From: Botryllus schlosseri
Lineage: Eukaryota
Direction of reading: 5' to 3'
Assembly (NCBI GenBank): GCA_051294905.1
Contig: CM119374.1
Span: 17,174,001 to 17,238,000, forward strand
DNA length: 64,000 bases
Shown here one piece after another: positions 28,182 to 40,191 of this stretch. The translations under genes and the position numbers were made by a program. The notes under the pieces were generated by a model, which saw nothing but the letters and a program-made list of their open reading frames with translations, made no database searches and was not told the DNA's origin. How positions within the stretch are numbered: the first letter of the stretch is position 1; the number at the start of each line of letters is the position of its first letter.

Positions 28182-29402
28182 GTTTTTCCATCTCAATATT
28201 CATTGAATTGCTGGTTCAAACAGAAAGATAAAATATATATATAGCCATTGTGATGTCAGAAAGGTCAATGAAATCCCACTAACCGTTGCTCGGGATGCGA
28301 TAGATACATATAGAACTTACAGTTGTGGCAGAGAGTGATGACTATTCGGAAAGCTGGACACTGCGGCGTTGTGAGCTTTGTGGTTTGTAGGCTACGCTAG
28401 CGTTGATAGAATATAGTGTTGGAGTTAGAGATCATAAACATCGTGCAGATATAGGCTGCTACGTTGGTTGCTTCCGAAGTCCTCTTCGCTGCAGAGGTGG
28501 TCAGTAACAAAGTATTTCCACTTTTTCAGAGTACTCAAGTAGGTTTTGACTTACACTGCTACTTCCACTTGTACTCAACGGTTATCAAATTTTTGGGAGA
28601 AACTATGGCTAGAACGATTACTTTACACCAGGGGTAGCCAACCTTTTTGCTATTCACGGCCGCATTTCGATTAATCGTGTAGCCTACGGCCGCATTCCAG
28701 GGCATAGTCGTAATGAACTAAATGGACGCCAAATATCCCTTTTGAAATATCCATTTCCGGTGAGCTCTGAACTGATTTATTCATTCAGATAGGCTTACCA
28801 TCCGCACCGAAAGCGGAAGTGACCATGCTATGAATAATTTCTGAGACCCGTCATGGTCGCGCGAAGCGCGTAAAAATTTCAAATTCACTAATGAATTTCG
28901 TCATTAATATTAGTAGTTTCACATATTCCTATCAAGCATTTATCCGTTCTCAGCCCATGTGATCAGCTCACCGGTAGAGCTGATGGAGGAAGTGTTTTCG
29001 AAAATATAGGACAAGTTATAAATGGTCATGGATTTTCGGGTGGGACAATTGTTGTTAGTCACTTTGTTGCATGCTGTTATTTTTTGACCTCCCATCAAGA
29101 TTGTCAGTATATCGTGGAAAGATATTGGAAGCGCCCAAACGTACCAGAAAGAAATTTCTTTCGTGAGTAACACACGTTTCCAAGTTGGTATTTCTATATG
29201 GCATGCGTCATTTTACTCTGCTGTTCACATCTGTACTGTGGGGCTGAGATTGCGAAGGGTGCTACTATATTGAAATCGAAAAATGAAGGTACGTTGAATC
29301 GCGCGCAGCGCGAAGAAAAATTCAAGACTATTTATTATCTCTCAATCATTCGGGAGTCAAATCGTAAATTCAATGTGCATGTCGACGGCCGCCAACACAT
29401 AG

Positions 29403-30799
29403 CACTGGTCGACATGATTTTTGTTTTCTAGCCTAAATGATGACTTTTGAGTCAATTTTTGTACGCTGATTACGAATATGAAGTCGCTTTGTTTCTCTCA
29501 CGTCAAGAATTTTTTTAATCTGTGATTTAAAATCTTGCATTTCAGTGCTGAAAACAGCCTGTTCTGTGACGTGTTCGTTGCTGTTTGGTCTTAGCTATCT
29601 CTATTGTGACGTCATCAGAGGTGGTCAAAGTACTTACCATTGGTACTCAAGTAGAAGTAGAAGTAACGGCGTCAATTTCTACTCGAGTAGAAGTAAAAGT
29701 AACTATTTATAAGTATGTAAAAAGTCGTTATCTAGGCCTAGTTTTTGATATCAGTATCAATTTATTAATATTTTTTTCCTTTCAAAACATCACAAGACTG
29801 TGATACAATTAAAAGATAGGAATGCGTCGAAAAGACTTGAAGTAGTCTTTGAAATCAGACATCAGAAAACTGAAATCAGACCCGGGCCTAGGCGGTGTAA
29901 AGAATAGGTATGCACACTGTACAGCACAATGAATGAATAAAGAATAATAAAGCGACATTGGGGCTGTGAATCATTTGAAAACAAAAATATTTACCATTTG
30001 GTGTGCCAATATGGTTTGGAGAGAGTCACGTGGACATGGAAAAGATTGTTACTTTTATGCATCGTGATGCATCGTGATAGTGAATACACACTCTTCTTTA
30101 CCGGCGAACCTTCTTTTAGTCTATTGTGTCGATGTTCAAGGTCTCATAGAGACATTGGGAACCGTGAATTGCGCCTCTTTATTTATGCATCAAGCCTAGA
30201 AGCTGCTTAGTCGCGCAATACAAATCAATGTGCTTCTATCCTTGTAACTATTACAACTGGCATCAAGGGGTCTTTCCACCATTATATATTAAACTGTATC
30301 TCATGAAAATCTTTTTAAAGGCTCTGATCAAAGAGATAGCTTGTTCTAAATACATTCACGAAAGGTTTCCTCGCTTGAGTTAATACGATAGAGGGTGTAT
30401 TTGCTGGACCTCAAATCAGAACACTCATAAAAAACTATTTCTTATTAGGAAGGCGTATTTGGAAAAATTATGTGACTCTCTTTCATTGAAGTTGCATCTA
30501 AGTTTCTTGGAAATACTAAGGATCCTGATTATCTGGAGGGTTTTAGTTCAAGATTATCAAATCTCAAATCCAATAAAGTTATCTGAGAGCTTTGTAGGAT
30601 GTGTTTAGTGTCATATGCGGACCTAAATGGGCATAAACGTCCTTAATACAGCCGTATTTGAGTACAATTTTCATTCGATTTTTGCGAAAAATTGTGACGT
30701 GATGAGTGAATACTGACGGCAAATTCGGAATCAGCATCGTCAAATGAGGTAAACTCAATTAATCGTTTTTTTTTTTAAGTTGAAAAATGTCGACCAGTG
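29403..30799 (+). mobile_element. Chapaev3-like (CMC) DNA transposon, degenerate
   Basis: TIR CACTGGTCGACAT / ATGTCGACCAGTG with 3-bp flanks TAG/TAA. Broken reading at about 30270-30540 gives FPPLYIKLYLMKIFLKAL...RFPRLS..IEGVFAGPQIRTL..KFLGNTKDPDY, resembling Chapaev3 transposase motifs (PLHIKLGLMKNFVKA, EGIFVGPQIR). Confidence 0.7.
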
Positions 30800-30936
30800 T
30801 AATAATTAATCACATTAGCGCAATTCACGATCATTTGCGAGCTAGCAATGGTGAATACGGCTCTTCCATTTCCATTGTAATGGCTAGCAATAGCTGCAGA
30901 GATTGGCCAAGAAAATGTAGTTGAGCCATAATTGCA

Positions 30937-31653
30937 TTGCAAGAAAAAACAATGAACAGGAAAATAGAACTTTTAAAAAAGAATGGGAAGAAGAGTTTGG
31001 ATTCAGTGGTAATACTGGAGGTAAGACACTGTCTTAACTGTCAAGATTTGCTCAATATTTACAAAGCTAGTAACTTGAAACGTCATTACGAAACCAAGCA
31101 CCAAAACTTTGCCACGAGTCACCAAGTAAGACAGATTTACGAAGTTACAAGATTACCGAGCTGACATCTTCCTTAAATACTCAGTAACACTTGAAGGAAC
31201 TTCTCCGCACTACTTTGACGTCATATCAGCCTGGTTTCAATCACCCTTGCAGCCTAGGCGGGGACGCACCGTATGACCACACAATGATAAATTTCATTCG
31301 ATAGCCTATACATTTCATTGTGAAGGAAGAAATCGTATTTTTTACTTTTTTGTGTTGTGGCTCTTTTAAAACTGAGAGCGGGGGACATAGCGTAATGGTG
31401 ACGATAAGCGCCTACAAATTTGCCGGACCCTGTTCGATTCCCGTCGGAAGTCTATCTGGGCTCCTCTACCCCTGCTGTTGCCGTTCTTACGGCGACAAAG
31501 AAAGCCCAGAAAAGACCCAACGAAAGTAAACACTCACAAGGAATGGAAAGAACTAGTAGAAAGGGCCGCAGCTTCAAAAAGATAAACATCGAAAAGAACT
31601 GTGACGTCGGGCACTCTGCGACTCGCGCATGAAGCAGGTCTGCCCACCCCTGA
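30937..31653 (+). pseudogene. hAT (Charlie/GTF2IRD2-like) transposase N-terminal remnant with element end
   Basis: HCLNCQDLLNIYKASNLKRHYETKH matches the CLIC...YNLKRHYETKH zinc-finger of this group. TIR-like TCTGCCCACCCCTG ends at about 31653. Confidence 0.7.
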
Positions 31654-31941
31654 TATATATATTGTCTATGGCAGCGTACAAACATCATACACGTAAAATT
31701 GTCACATAAATAAGTGGAATTGATTTTTGCACTGTGACAGCGAATTGGTGTATCATTTTCGTCATTATCCGGCTCATCACTATCATATCCGTTACAATTT
31801 CAGCATTTCAAACGTCTGTGACCCAAATAGTGGCGAAGGTGCAACTCATGTAGAAATTATATTTATTGACGATATATCAATGAAACAACATCTTCGTGCT
31901 AATGAATATGTACAGTACATGGCCTACATTAGGAGGCGGAT

Positions 31942-32961
31942 CTAGCTCAGCGGTATAGGCTTCTTGGGTCCATTTTGCTCCTCATTCTTCTCGTGTCTTT
32001 GCGGTGGATCCACGTTGGTCGGTCCTACCGCCGTCCTGTTTCGGGGAATCGTAGCGGTCAATATTCGCGTGCAGTCCTCAAAAGTCGCCACAATTCCTAT
32101 CACATTTACCACAAAGTCGAAGTTGACGACAGTCTGGCCATAAACGTACAGATTTGGACAATATTCAGTATCTAACGCGAATGTCGCCGCTATATCCGTG
32201 AAGATAGCCAACACCGCGCATGCACAATATCGCTTCATTTTAGGCAAGAGACTTTTCCTGGTATTGCCGGAACGCACTTTGCTCATGAATGTCAGTCGCA
32301 CCATTGGATACAGGAAAAGTATCAACAGTGCCGTGTTCTGCAACGCAGATGCTACTACGACGAAGAATAGGCTACCCTTAAAATCCATCGGTCCTCCCCT
32401 CGATCCTGGCGGGACAACGTGACATCTGTTGTCTCTTTCATCAAAGGAGTCCCCATACACCAAAAGTAGGACAGTGATTGGCTGGCAAGTGAACAGCAAA
32501 GGGATGGTGGAATAGCTGATTTTGTAAATCCATTGCGGTGTCACCGACTTAATAAGCTCGCCTTTGAACATCAAATGTTGCCGGACCCACAAAAACGAAT
32601 GGACCGAGAAGAATGTGCACCCGATCGACGCTATCTTGATGTTTCCACCCAATTCACAGTTATACTCATTCGGCTCGAAAAACATTCTCGTTAAATCAAC
32701 CGCTACCGCAAGTAAAGACGTTGCAATGGCGCCAAGGCAATGCATGTATATTTGTTCTTTTCTGGTCTTGAAATTCAATCGCTGATGACGTTGCCCGTAT
32801 GCGATCATATTTACTCCTATCCATGCTAGTATCGATGCGAACAATGCGTTTGCCACCTTGCAAACAGTTTCTAAAAATTCGATGAATGCGTCGTCTGCTT
32901 CACAAACATCACCGCTGAACCTCAAGCCCGATGACGCAATCGCATCGTCGTCATCATCCAT
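31942..32961 (-). CDS. Intronless orphan seven-transmembrane (GPCR-like) protein, 339 aa
   Basis: Uninterrupted 1020-nt ORF with ATG start and seven hydrophobic segments. Cys at the top of TM3 (YNCELG) and in ECL2 (NRCHVV), short acidic N-terminus, basic ICL3. No DRY or NPxxY (TM3 ends FLWVRQ). Confidence 0.8.
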   Translation of the reverse strand: MDDDDDAIASSGLRFSGDVCEADDAFIEFLETVCKVANALFASILAWIGVNMIAYGQRHQRLNFKTRKEQIYMHCLGAIATSLLAVAVDLTRMFFEPNEYNCELGGNIKIASIGCTFFSVHSFLWVRQHLMFKGELIKSVTPQWIYKISYSTIPLLFTCQPITVLLLVYGDSFDERDNRCHVVPPGSRGGPMDFKGSLFFVVVASALQNTALLILFLYPMVRLTFMSKVRSGNTRKSLLPKMKRYCACAVLAIFTDIAATFALDTEYCPNLYVYGQTVVNFDFVVNVIGIVATFEDCTRILTATIPRNRTAVGPTNVDPPQRHEKNEEQNGPKKPIPLS

Positions 32962-35900
32962 GATTTATGGACGTCACTCGCGTACCCAGCACATAATATT
33001 ATCGTTCTACAGAATCGGCCCTTTACATAGCGTACATATATTCTAATGAATTCTCTTCGCTTTTTTCATTAATCAATGCACAAGATTATATGTATAATGC
33101 AATATGCATCAAGTACAATTTATAGGCTAATAAATGCTGAATCTCGTAGCGCGGCATAATGTATTCGGGAAATTGACATCTTAATGCACATAAATGATAG
33201 ATTCCACAAACCGTGTATGCCCAGCTGAAAATATGTGAACGTCAATTTTGGATTGATATTTCTTCGTAATCTTGTATTTCCTATTTGGAAGGCCATGTTT
33301 ATTTCTACAGAAATTCATATCGAAAATACATTAGTTGTGTACGATCATTGCATGACACATCTAATTAGGGGTCCCCTATGCAGTGGACATGTGACAGACG
33401 GGAGTCGAACAGAAGCGATACTTTTGTATGCACGGTATCCTGTATATAGCAATATTTTGAATATAATAGACGCGTGTATTCACTTGGCTGCATCCTTAGC
33501 AAGTTTCGAGAGATCTCGAGGCTTTGTGTTAGTGTTTTGTTATGATTAAACGCCTCGGCAGTTCTGATTATAATAAACTTTACCTTTTTCATAGTGGTTT
33601 ATGATTTGCCGGAATATTTTCCTATGAATCATAAGTGGTCAAAGGGCTCGGCGTTGCTACTCAAGTAGAACAAGTAACGCCTTACATTTCTACTCAATTA
33701 CAAGTAGAAGATGTAATTTCTGAGACATGTCCAGCAAACTACTTCCAGTGGAAGAGGTGAATGGAAGGTCTGAGAATCACCAAAGTCAGTATGTGTCTAA
33801 GTATATTTTGTGGGGGAAGGGGCTTGCATACTTTTAGCAGTTACTCGGAGGTGGCTACATACAAAATCTCAAGACGTATCGTCTCGGCTAGCGCAATATG
33901 ACTATACAGGGGTGGGCAACCGGCGGCTGTAGAAGAAATTTGTGCGGCCGTCGACATGAAAATTGAATTTACGAATTGACTCTCGAATTTTTGAGAGATT
34001 AATTACTCCGTGAGAGATTTAGTTGATCTTGGAATTTTCTTCGCACTAGGCGTGATACAATGCGACTTCGTTTTCCGATTTTAATATAGTAGCGCCCTTG
34101 GCAATCTGAACCCCAGAGTACAGATGCGAACAGCGAAGGAAAATGATGCACGCCATATAGAAATACCAACTTGGAATCGCGTATGCTCCTCACGAAAAAA
34201 AAATTGTTTCTGGTACGTTTGGGAGATTCCAATATCTTACCACTATACCGACAATCCTAATGGGGGTCAAGAAATATATCAGAATGCAAAAAAGCGACTA
34301 ATAACAATTGGCCCACCCGAATATGCATCATCATTTATAACTTGCCCTAACTTTTCGAAAACACTCCCTCCATCAACTCTACCGGTGAATCCGATCACAT
34401 GGGCTGAGCAAAAGTAAATATTTGATAGTAATAATTGAAACTACTGTGTGATTATCTCTTACTACTATCTCTCTCTCTATCTCTCATTTATTACGGTACT
34501 TAACCTATGAATAAATGCAAAGTTGCACAACTACTAATATTAATGACAAAAATCATTCGTGAATCTGAAAGAATTTTCGCGCATTGCGTGACCATGACCA
34601 TGACTCTCAATAGCTTTCATTACATGACCACTAGCGATTTCGATACGTATGGTAAGACGATATAAAAAAGTAAATTAGTCACCGGAGTTCACCAGAAATG
34701 GACATGGACAGTTTTACATGGGTATTTGCTGTCCAATTAGTTCATTGCGACCATTGGCGTATCATCCCCCCCCCCCAAAAAAAGAAAAAATCCGTAAATT
34801 ATTATAAAGTGGATTTTCGGAGGCATATTTACTCAACTTGGAATTACCGATGTAACTATACCATCGCGAGGCGCGGTATTAAAGGCCTCTCTAAACGGCA
34901 ACATGCCAACGCACCGTACAGCGATGCCGTTAGTTTGTTTTATTATGCATTCGGTTCGCTGAGTACGGTCAGTTACGGCGATTGCATTCACCGTGCGGTA
35001 TGGCGACGGTAACGAAGCGATCTCGCCGAGTGCTGCGACCGCAGACTCGTAGAGAAGGGGGGTTTTTCTGGGATATATTCGGTCTACTTGGTGGTTTATT
35101 ATTTTAACCCGCATGAGACACACATCGTACAATGAGCTACACAAGACACGATGCGACGTAATGACTCTATTGGAGAGGATGGGTATCACATATTGGTACG
35201 TATCCCTGATGGGTGGTTTACATCAGAGTTGGATCAATTGTAATTTGTTATTGAGCTGAATGTAATTATTACATTTTTGCATGTAATTGTAATTGTAATT
35301 GTAATTGAAGCATTTCTATTTTGCGTCATTGTAATTGTAATTGTAATCTAATAAACATTTTGCCCAATTACAATTTCAATTACATTGTTATTGAGACCTG
35401 ACAATCACAACATAAAATAATTAGCCAATTTACATGGGTGTTCTATGCGTGCCTCGTGAACTAGATAATTCAGCCATGCTGAATGATAAGGGGGCACGGA
35501 ATATTTCACTGTCATAAGAGGGGCGGGCGTGTCTAAAAAAAGTTTGAGAACCGATGGGCTTAACTAAATTTTAATATTTCAACAATGGATGAACAGCAAA
35601 TAAACTCTTCAGAAACTTGTGCTGAACCATTTCTTACACCATGATCAGAGTTTTTTTTAACATCTGACAAATACTGAGGCTTGCTGCAACAATTGCAAAA
35701 TGAAATTCCTGTTTTCAGGCAAGGCTTCATCAAATTTGATCACGCATTTTTTGTTGCTAATGACGTCGCTACGGTTGTCAAAGAGCACCTCTCTACCGAA
35801 TCAAAAACTCAGGGGTGGGCAACCTGCGGCCGTCGACACATAATTCAATTAGTATGTGTTGGCCGCCGTCGACACTCCAGCGGAAGCGGAGTTATTGCCG

Positions 35901-37071
35901 TCGAAAAATTTGGCTATTAATAAAATAGCATTTACGGTGGGCACCACTATAATAAATAATTTAAGAATTGGTCACCGTAAATACTATTTTATTCATAATC
36001 GAGATTTTTTGACGGCAATTACTCCGCTCCACTGTTTGGAATTGAACCAAATTTGGTTAATATCGTTTCTATACACAACCTAACACTTTCATGGGGTGAA
36101 CAAAAAATTTTCAAATTATTTGTTAGTTATTTTTATATAATAACTAGAAACTTTCTTCTCCTGTAGCAATGCGGCTACTGGTTGGGATCAGACATGGGGT
36201 GATTACTTTATGATTGTAATCGATTGCGATTACGATTACTTATGAATGACGCGATTACGATTACGATTACGATTACAGCAACATCAGGAAGTAGTCGATT
36301 ACGATTACGATTACATTGGAAAAGTAATCACGATTACTCACGATTACATTTATTTTGCATCTTAGAAGCTATGTTGGAAGACAATATATGGATTGCGCTG
36401 AAGAGGCCTAATGAGATAACAAACTCCCTTTGCAAGAGATGCGTAATTTGCTTGTTACGTCATAATGTACCCATTGCTCATTTTTATAGGGGTCAATTTA
36501 TCGCGCCCAGTGATTTGCACTCTTGCCAGGGCCATAATTACCGCACCCCAAATTTCCCAATATGGTGGGGAGCGAGCTCGAAGGGGACTCAAAAAGTATT
36601 TCGTAAACCAACATCAGTTATAGAGCATTTTTGAGAGATATAATTAACTTGAAAATCCTCTCTAGATCAATGATTCCCAATCGCGGCTCTGAGAGCTCGA
36701 TGCGGCTCCAAGCTAGCCTACTTGCGGCCCACATTGACGTTGGAAAATCCAACAAAAATATTATAAAATCAATTTAAAACAAAGCAAATACATCGATTTG
36801 AAAAATTACACTTGCTTGGCTTGGAATCTGGAGTTTATAGCTAAGGGTGGAGAGTAGCGATTCTCTACTTAGCAACGATTTCGTTATTCAACTCACGTCA
36901 AAAAATATGCTCACACTCTAATGCGTTTGGATCGTCACTCAAATTTAAGTCTGCTCATCAACAGACTTAATTAAGTGCAGGTGGTGTTGCAACCCGTTTT
37001 ACAAAGCTATCTGACCAACAAACCAATGGATCATTTGACTTGATTGTAAAGTTCAACGGGGCATTGACGGA

Positions 37072-37200
37072 ATGAATGCTTATTTCCCCATGATGAAAAT
37101 GTTTTCAAGTCCTATTGTAGTTAATGTGGCCACTGACCTTGTTCATTTACAACTTGAGTTGCTAGACATGCAGTCAGATATAAAGACATGGCAATTTGTT
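37072..37200 (+). pseudogene. hAT (Charlie-like) transposase C-terminal remnant
   Basis: MFSSPIVVNVATDLVHLQLELLDMQSD resembles the F.xPF...LQLELIELQ.D motif; a CAATGATTCCCAA end at 36668 follows a CTCTAGAT target. Confidence 0.55.
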
Positions 37201-37379
37201 TGTGCGTCTCACGAAAGTTTTTCTTCTAGTCTGCTACGCTTGAGCCACTACAATATCGTTTGATTATATAACAAACCGGAGGTCACGAATTAACAACATA
37301 CACTAAAGTAATTATAACAAGATACCAGAGGTTATAATTATGAATTACCTGCCCCAGCTCTACATGTAGGTAATTATGT

Positions 37380-37654
37380 GGCGGGATAGCGCAGTGGTAT
37401 AATCCACGGCTGCAACGCCATTGGGTTGCGGGTTCGAGTCCGACCGAGGTCGACTTCAGAAATCCTTTCTAAGTGTTGGAGGTTCATCTAGGATCCTCCT
37501 CGCCGCCTCATCCGCGTAAGCGGTGTCTTACAATAAGCCTAGAAGTGGGCCGTGCTACAAGTCGGCAGATACGGAATCAAAAATGAGGAAAATCGGCCTG
37601 GTGTAACTGACCGTTGTAGTCGACAAACACCAAGATTACCTCAAACAAACAAAC
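37380..37654 (+). mobile_element. tRNA-derived SINE
   Basis: Pol III A box TAGCGCAGTGG (37387-37397), B box GGTTCGAGTCC (37431-37441), a CTGCAAC anticodon-like loop (Cys), unique body and (CAAA)n tail. The cloverleaf stems do not pair, so it is not a functional tRNA. Confidence 0.75.
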
Positions 37655-40191
37655 TCTGCAGGTGAATCTGACCATCGGGGGTTGAGAGAGGATTAAAAAT
37701 CAATAGTAATATACTGCATTTATTGACGAAATTCAGTCTTCAACTTGCGATGACCACCCTATGGTGGACGAAGTGTTGTTTTGGTCCTAATTCCAGCTAC
37801 AGCCCATGCTAAAATGATATATAGGCCCATGGCCATGGCGGCAGGTCCCAATGTTGAGTAAAGATTGGCGCTCGTTTCAAAGAGTCATATGAGAATAAGA
37901 CGAAGCAAACATAAAATTCTGCCTTCAACTTCATACAGATATTGTACTGCAAGCTGCCGTTACGAGAAACGGCAAAAACGGCTCGGTTTTGATATATATA
38001 TATCACCAGCTGTTGATTTTTACTGCTTCGTTATGGAAATTGCAATGTTTTATTTGACGAGTAAAAAATTTCAAATCTTGATGTACGTACGTACTACATA
38101 GGCCTACTGCTCGCCAAGCAGCTGCTACGGTCAAATTGCGTTTAACTGAGCATAAGCATAACCAAACATCAACCATAAGTTCCAATTTATACTAGGCAGA
38201 GCGGAAATAAATTATCCTGCTGCGAGGTAGTGGCGTGTGGAACGTGTTGATAACCTGATATATAGCACGACGGGTGTTCTTACAATGACACTAATGTGCG
38301 ACGTATGTACGACGTACGTACATCGAATATCTATTTAGTGTGGATACTTCTTACGCAATGACGCGCATAGCTAATAGGCTGCTTCTGACGTAATAATGAG
38401 CTGTGGCGTTTGAAAATCAGACGTCTGTGCTGTCACGAGCCTGGTATAATATCTCTATTCCTCGTTCACGAATGTTCAGTTTATGTCATAGTCCTTGCAA
38501 AAATAAAAAGTAATCGTTCTTTCACAGAGAAATCGATTAAATATGGGAAGTAGTCGATTACGATTACGATTACTTCGGGATTTTTTCGAATGTAATCGAT
38601 TGCGATTACGATTACTTGAAAATGCTGTAATCGTCGTAATCGATTACGATTACTAATCGCGATTACCCCATGTCTGGTTGGGATTGAACCAAATTTGGTG
38701 TATAGGCTTAAATTAGGTAACGTAACAATTTTGTCAAGTAGCCAGTACGATTTGAGAAAAAAAGTCATTTTTGAAGACCCCTAATGGACACTGGACTGTT
38801 TAACATATTTTGCGTCCAGTTTGTTCATTACGGCTATGAACTGGAATGCGGCCGTAGGCTATACATAAGTAATCATAATGCGACCGTGATTAGCAAAAAG
38901 GTTGCCCAACTCTGAATTACATGTTCAACAGTAATTGTAATTGTAATTTGATATTTTTAGCATTGGGTAATTGTAATTGTAATGTAATTGAAACATGCAA
39001 GGAAGTAATTGTAATTGTAATTGAACTGAATTAACTTTAATTTATCCAACTCTGGTTTACATGGTGGTTTTTTTGCGGCTATGTATTTTGTTAACTGTAG
39101 ATCACAAAGCAAATCACTTGCCGTGGAGATAGGAGGTACCTGTACGCAGGACATTATACCTACTGCAACTGCAACCCAAACCACCCAATTGGAAGGGCGA
39201 GTTCGCAGGGGGTCCCAAATTATTCCGTGAATGAACGTAAACCATAGTATTTTTATGAAAGCTTATGCTACTTTGATCAATTTTTTTCGCGGTACATGCG
39301 ATTTAATGCTGCCATATATCTTGATTGTTGGCTACCCTCACCCCAAGAAAAAAATACCCATGATTTATAGAAATGAGCATTTCGGCGTCGGCCATTACTG
39401 CGTCGTTTCGCACCAAGACACATGAAGCGTTAGGCCATGTAACATACGACCCCGAGAAGTGTGCCAGAACGATCGTTGGCCGAAATGGACTACTGTCCTT
39501 ATGCTGATCGAAAATTTCGATATGTATACAATTATACATATATATTTAATTGTCCATAGGCGCCTAAATGGCAGGCGCCGAATGTTCCTGTCCTGGCAAT
39601 CTGAACCCCACAAGACGGATGACATTCCGCAGAGAAAAATAATACCTCCCATCAGTATTTTCGGTATGCCCAAACAAATTTCTTTCGTGAGTAGCACACA
39701 ATTCCAACTTGGTATTTCTATATGGGGTGCATCATTTTCCTCCACTGATGTTCGCATCTGTATTGTGGGGCTCAGATTGCAAATGGCGCTACTAACGAAA
39801 AATGAAGTCGCATTGAATCGCGCGTAGCGTGAAGAAAATTTTAAGATCAATTAAAATCTCTCTAAAATTCGGGAGTCAATTCCTAAATTCGATTTGCATG
39901 TCGATGGCCGACAACACATACTAATTGAATTACCTGTCTACGGCCCCACAAATTTCCTTCTACTGCCTTACATTGCCCACATGCGCACAAAACCAAGCAC
40001 TTATTTGGCCGAATGGATTTTATTGCACGATAGTTAAAATCAAAACGAGGGAAAAGAATTGTCTTTTTTGTGATGCGCTTGATGGCCTAGCCCGGTAGCC
40101 TATAGCTGATGCACATCTGCCGTCAAATCACATGGATATCATCGTGAACATATATAATTACGCACAAAACTCTCAAAATGCACTCTCAGCA

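Larger units (their letters stand above)
36189..38676. mobile_element. hAT-type element with (GATTAC)n subterminal arrays, inserted in a family A MITE
   Basis: TIR CAGACATGGGGT / ACCCCATGTCTG; perfect TSD GTTGGGAT. The interrupted family A sequence resumes at 38685 and ends CCCCTA near 38784. Confidence 0.88.
35224..39054. mobile_element. hAT-type element with (AATTGT)n subterminal arrays; outer shell of a nested cluster
   Basis: TIR CAGAGTTGGAT / ATCCAACTCTG; perfect TSD GTTTACAT (35216-35223 / 39055-39062). BED-finger-like remnant ACCNNCKMKFLFSGKASSNLITH at about 35675-35750. Confidence 0.85.

Noticed and set aside
31420-31688. Exon-like ORFs on both strands near the 7TM gene
   Set aside because: They lie inside and at the end of a hAT element (TIR at about 31640-31653).
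36224-36634. 136-aa ORF with ITITITIT / RLRLRL repeats (also 38481-38768 and 38957-39184)
   Set aside because: These are translations of transposon hexamer arrays.
37380-37455. Functional tRNA-Cys gene
   Set aside because: The acceptor and anticodon stems do not pair, and it continues into a body and tail typical of a SINE.
39395-39850. 151-aa and 122-aa overlapping ORFs
   Set aside because: They are within a family F hAT copy, homologous to non-coding repeats at 24500-24860, 29150-29400 and 33907-34250.
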